DNA of 64,000 nucleotides from Mobula birostris (lineage: Eukaryota), in the NCBI RefSeq assembly GCF_030028105.1, contig NC_092383.1, positions 76,673,359 to 76,737,358 on the forward strand, written 5' to 3'. The translations under genes were made by a program, and so were the position numbers. Positions 61,999 to 64,000 of this stretch are shown piece after piece. Position 1 is the first letter of the stretch, and the number at the start of each line of letters is the position of its first letter. Below the pieces are notes generated by a model that made no database searches, was not told where the DNA came from, and saw only the letters and a list, made by a program, of their open reading frames with translations.

Positions 61999-63806
61999 TA
62001 TTAATCTCTGGCCTTGCAGCCTCAGATAGTTGCTTTTGTGGTTGCAGCTGCAGAGTTCAGGCAGTCCTTTAAACTCTCCTGCCTTGTACTGTGTACTATA
62101 AAACAACACTAGTCAACAGTTCTTGCTATAGAATTAATGTTCTTCAAAATAGTACTAGACCATTAGGGTGACCACCTTTTCAAAATGATAAAATGAAATA
62201 CATGGCATTCAAAACAAGGTTAGGGACATGGTCCAGTCAATTTTATGGGTGAGAGTTGCTGCTGCCTCATCTGGGAGTCACTACGAGGAAATTATTTTTG
62301 CAGATCTGGAGGATAATCCCTGCATTGTTCAAGCACGAGGTTGGGACCTGATTTTTAAGTCAGAATTGTGGCAGCAAAATAGGCATAGATCATAATTCTA
62401 TTTACCATAGTCACCAGCTGTTATGGTTAACAACCTGCGATGCTGCAGTATAGTTATACAGAAGCTTGGACTTTAGTGTCCAGGAATCAGTTCAAACTTC
62501 ACAACCACAATTTAAATATAGTTAATTAAATAATTCTGAAATAACAAGTTAATTAATGATGATTATGTAATGACCCAGTGGATCATTAAAAATCCATTGG
62601 GTTCACTAACGGTCTTGCGAGAAGAACATTGTCCTTTAGAATGACCGATCAAGTCAACAGGCGATTAAAAATGGTCCATAAATACTGGTCTCACCATTGA
62701 TGCCTGGATCCTCCAAGTGAATTGAGTAAAGTGCATCTAAATTCTGTTTTTGGTGAGCAGCCAGTCATTTAAGTGGGATTAATCTGTTTCAGTTTAATTT
62801 CATTTCAAGTTTAAGGTAACTGAAAGAGGGTGTATGAGATTGTGTGTTTCCCTGATTTATTATCAAGCTAGGCTGAGGCAAAAGTTAAGTTGATGAAAAA
62901 TTAAACTTTATTTTACAAAACAGATGCTGTTGCAGGTATTTTAGTAAAGTGTAAAACTGCACATGATTAGTTTGTTGCTTTTGCACTGTACAGATTATAA
63001 TCCAACACTGCACTGAAGAAAGCTTTTTGAGTTGGCAAACACAATTCCCTATCAAGACAGAAACAACTTGAGGGGATGAATTTAATGCCTCCTTAGCAAC
63101 CATCACTTTGGCTTCCATTGCTTTTGTACTTTTATGCTTTATATAATGCGCCTGGTTACAAAGATTAGCTTTATTTGTCACATGTACATTGAAACATACA
63201 GTGAAATGCTTCATTTGCGACAACGACCAACCCAATCCGAGTATGCTGCTCTTTCAGCATGCCCACAATTTATTAACCCATACCTCTTTAGGATGTGGGA
63301 GGAAACAGGAAGGAATTCACAGGGTCATGGGGAGAATGTACAGATGCCTTATAGACAGTGACAGGAATTGAACCCCAGTTGCTAATTGCTGGCACTGTGA
63401 TAGCATTATTTTAACCACGATGTTACCATGCCACCCAAAACAAGCATTGCAGGCCCATGGGTCTTTTTAATACTGTACAGAGAAATTTGCCAAAAAGAGT
63501 GATGGAAACAGGTTTTAAAAATTAACTTTCAGAGCTATTGGTCATATACTTAAAAAGGAAAAATCTGCAAAGCTATGGGAAAAAGAGTGTGGAACTAATG
63601 AGGAAGGCTTTAGAAAGCTGACACAGGCACAATGGACGAGTTAACCATTTGTACAAAGTGACTGAATTAAATGGGTGAAGGGAGAAATTCCTATCCAGAT
63701 TGAATGTTGAATAAATTGAATATTTTACTGAGTAGCTTTCATCTGTGGGTAATTGCACTTTATTCCAATGAACTGCTAACTGAACTTCTTTCTGTCTACC
63801 AAACAG

Positions 63807-63944
63807 GTTTCACGGACTTACTGTTGTGGCACATACAGAGCGGGCCCAATGAGACAGATCAGCTTGGTGGGAGCAGTGGATGAAGAGGTTGGAGATTACT
63901 TCCCAGAGTTTCTTGATATGTTGGAAGAATCTCCATTTTTGAAA
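63807..63944 (+). CDS. RSBN1: RSBN1 coding exon 3 (138 nt); the gene continues beyond the window
   Basis: Acceptor aaacag ends at 63806. The exon reads VSRTYCCGTYRAGPMRQISLVGAVDEEVGDYFPEFLDMLEESPFLK, with donor AAA|GTAAGT. Phase 0 matches exon 2. It is not in the ORF track. Confidence 0.96.
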
Positions 63945-64000
63945 GTAAGTTCACAGACTAGGGATTAATTGGAAATAATGGATATATATAGTACTCTTAT

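Noticed and set aside
1-64000. CRISPR arrays, prokaryotic operons, rRNA or true tRNA genes
   Set aside because: None seen. The DNA is intron-containing vertebrate sequence, and the tRNA-like boxes belong to decayed SINE heads.

Overview
Eukaryotic, repeat-rich vertebrate genomic DNA. The repeat repertoire (Penelope-like, CR1, Rex1/Babar, V-SINE, Deu-type SINE, Tc1, hAT MITEs) suggests a cartilaginous fish, possibly a ray; that is an inference. Two host genes lie on the + strand. The first is the terminal coding exon of PTPN22 (2804-2865, C-terminal CTH motif), which the ORF track misses. About 8.4 kb downstream come a CpG-island promoter and the first three coding exons of RSBN1 (11301-11745, 25017-25687, 63807-63944), with compatible splice phases and introns of 13.3 and 38.1 kb. 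Most other ORFs in the track are transposon remnants or spurious. The most striking non-genic signal is a family of minimal type-I hammerhead ribozyme motifs in Penelope 3' ends: one core-intact copy at 656-691, a CUGCC variant subfamily, and short palindromic remnants whose inversion points fall at the ribozyme. Also notable are a candidate poison exon in RSBN1 intron 2, four 51-70 bp hAT-type MITEs with 8-bp target-site duplications (TSDs), and several nested insertions. Repeat family names come from recognised motifs, not database searches, and repeat boundaries are approximate unless a TSD is quoted.
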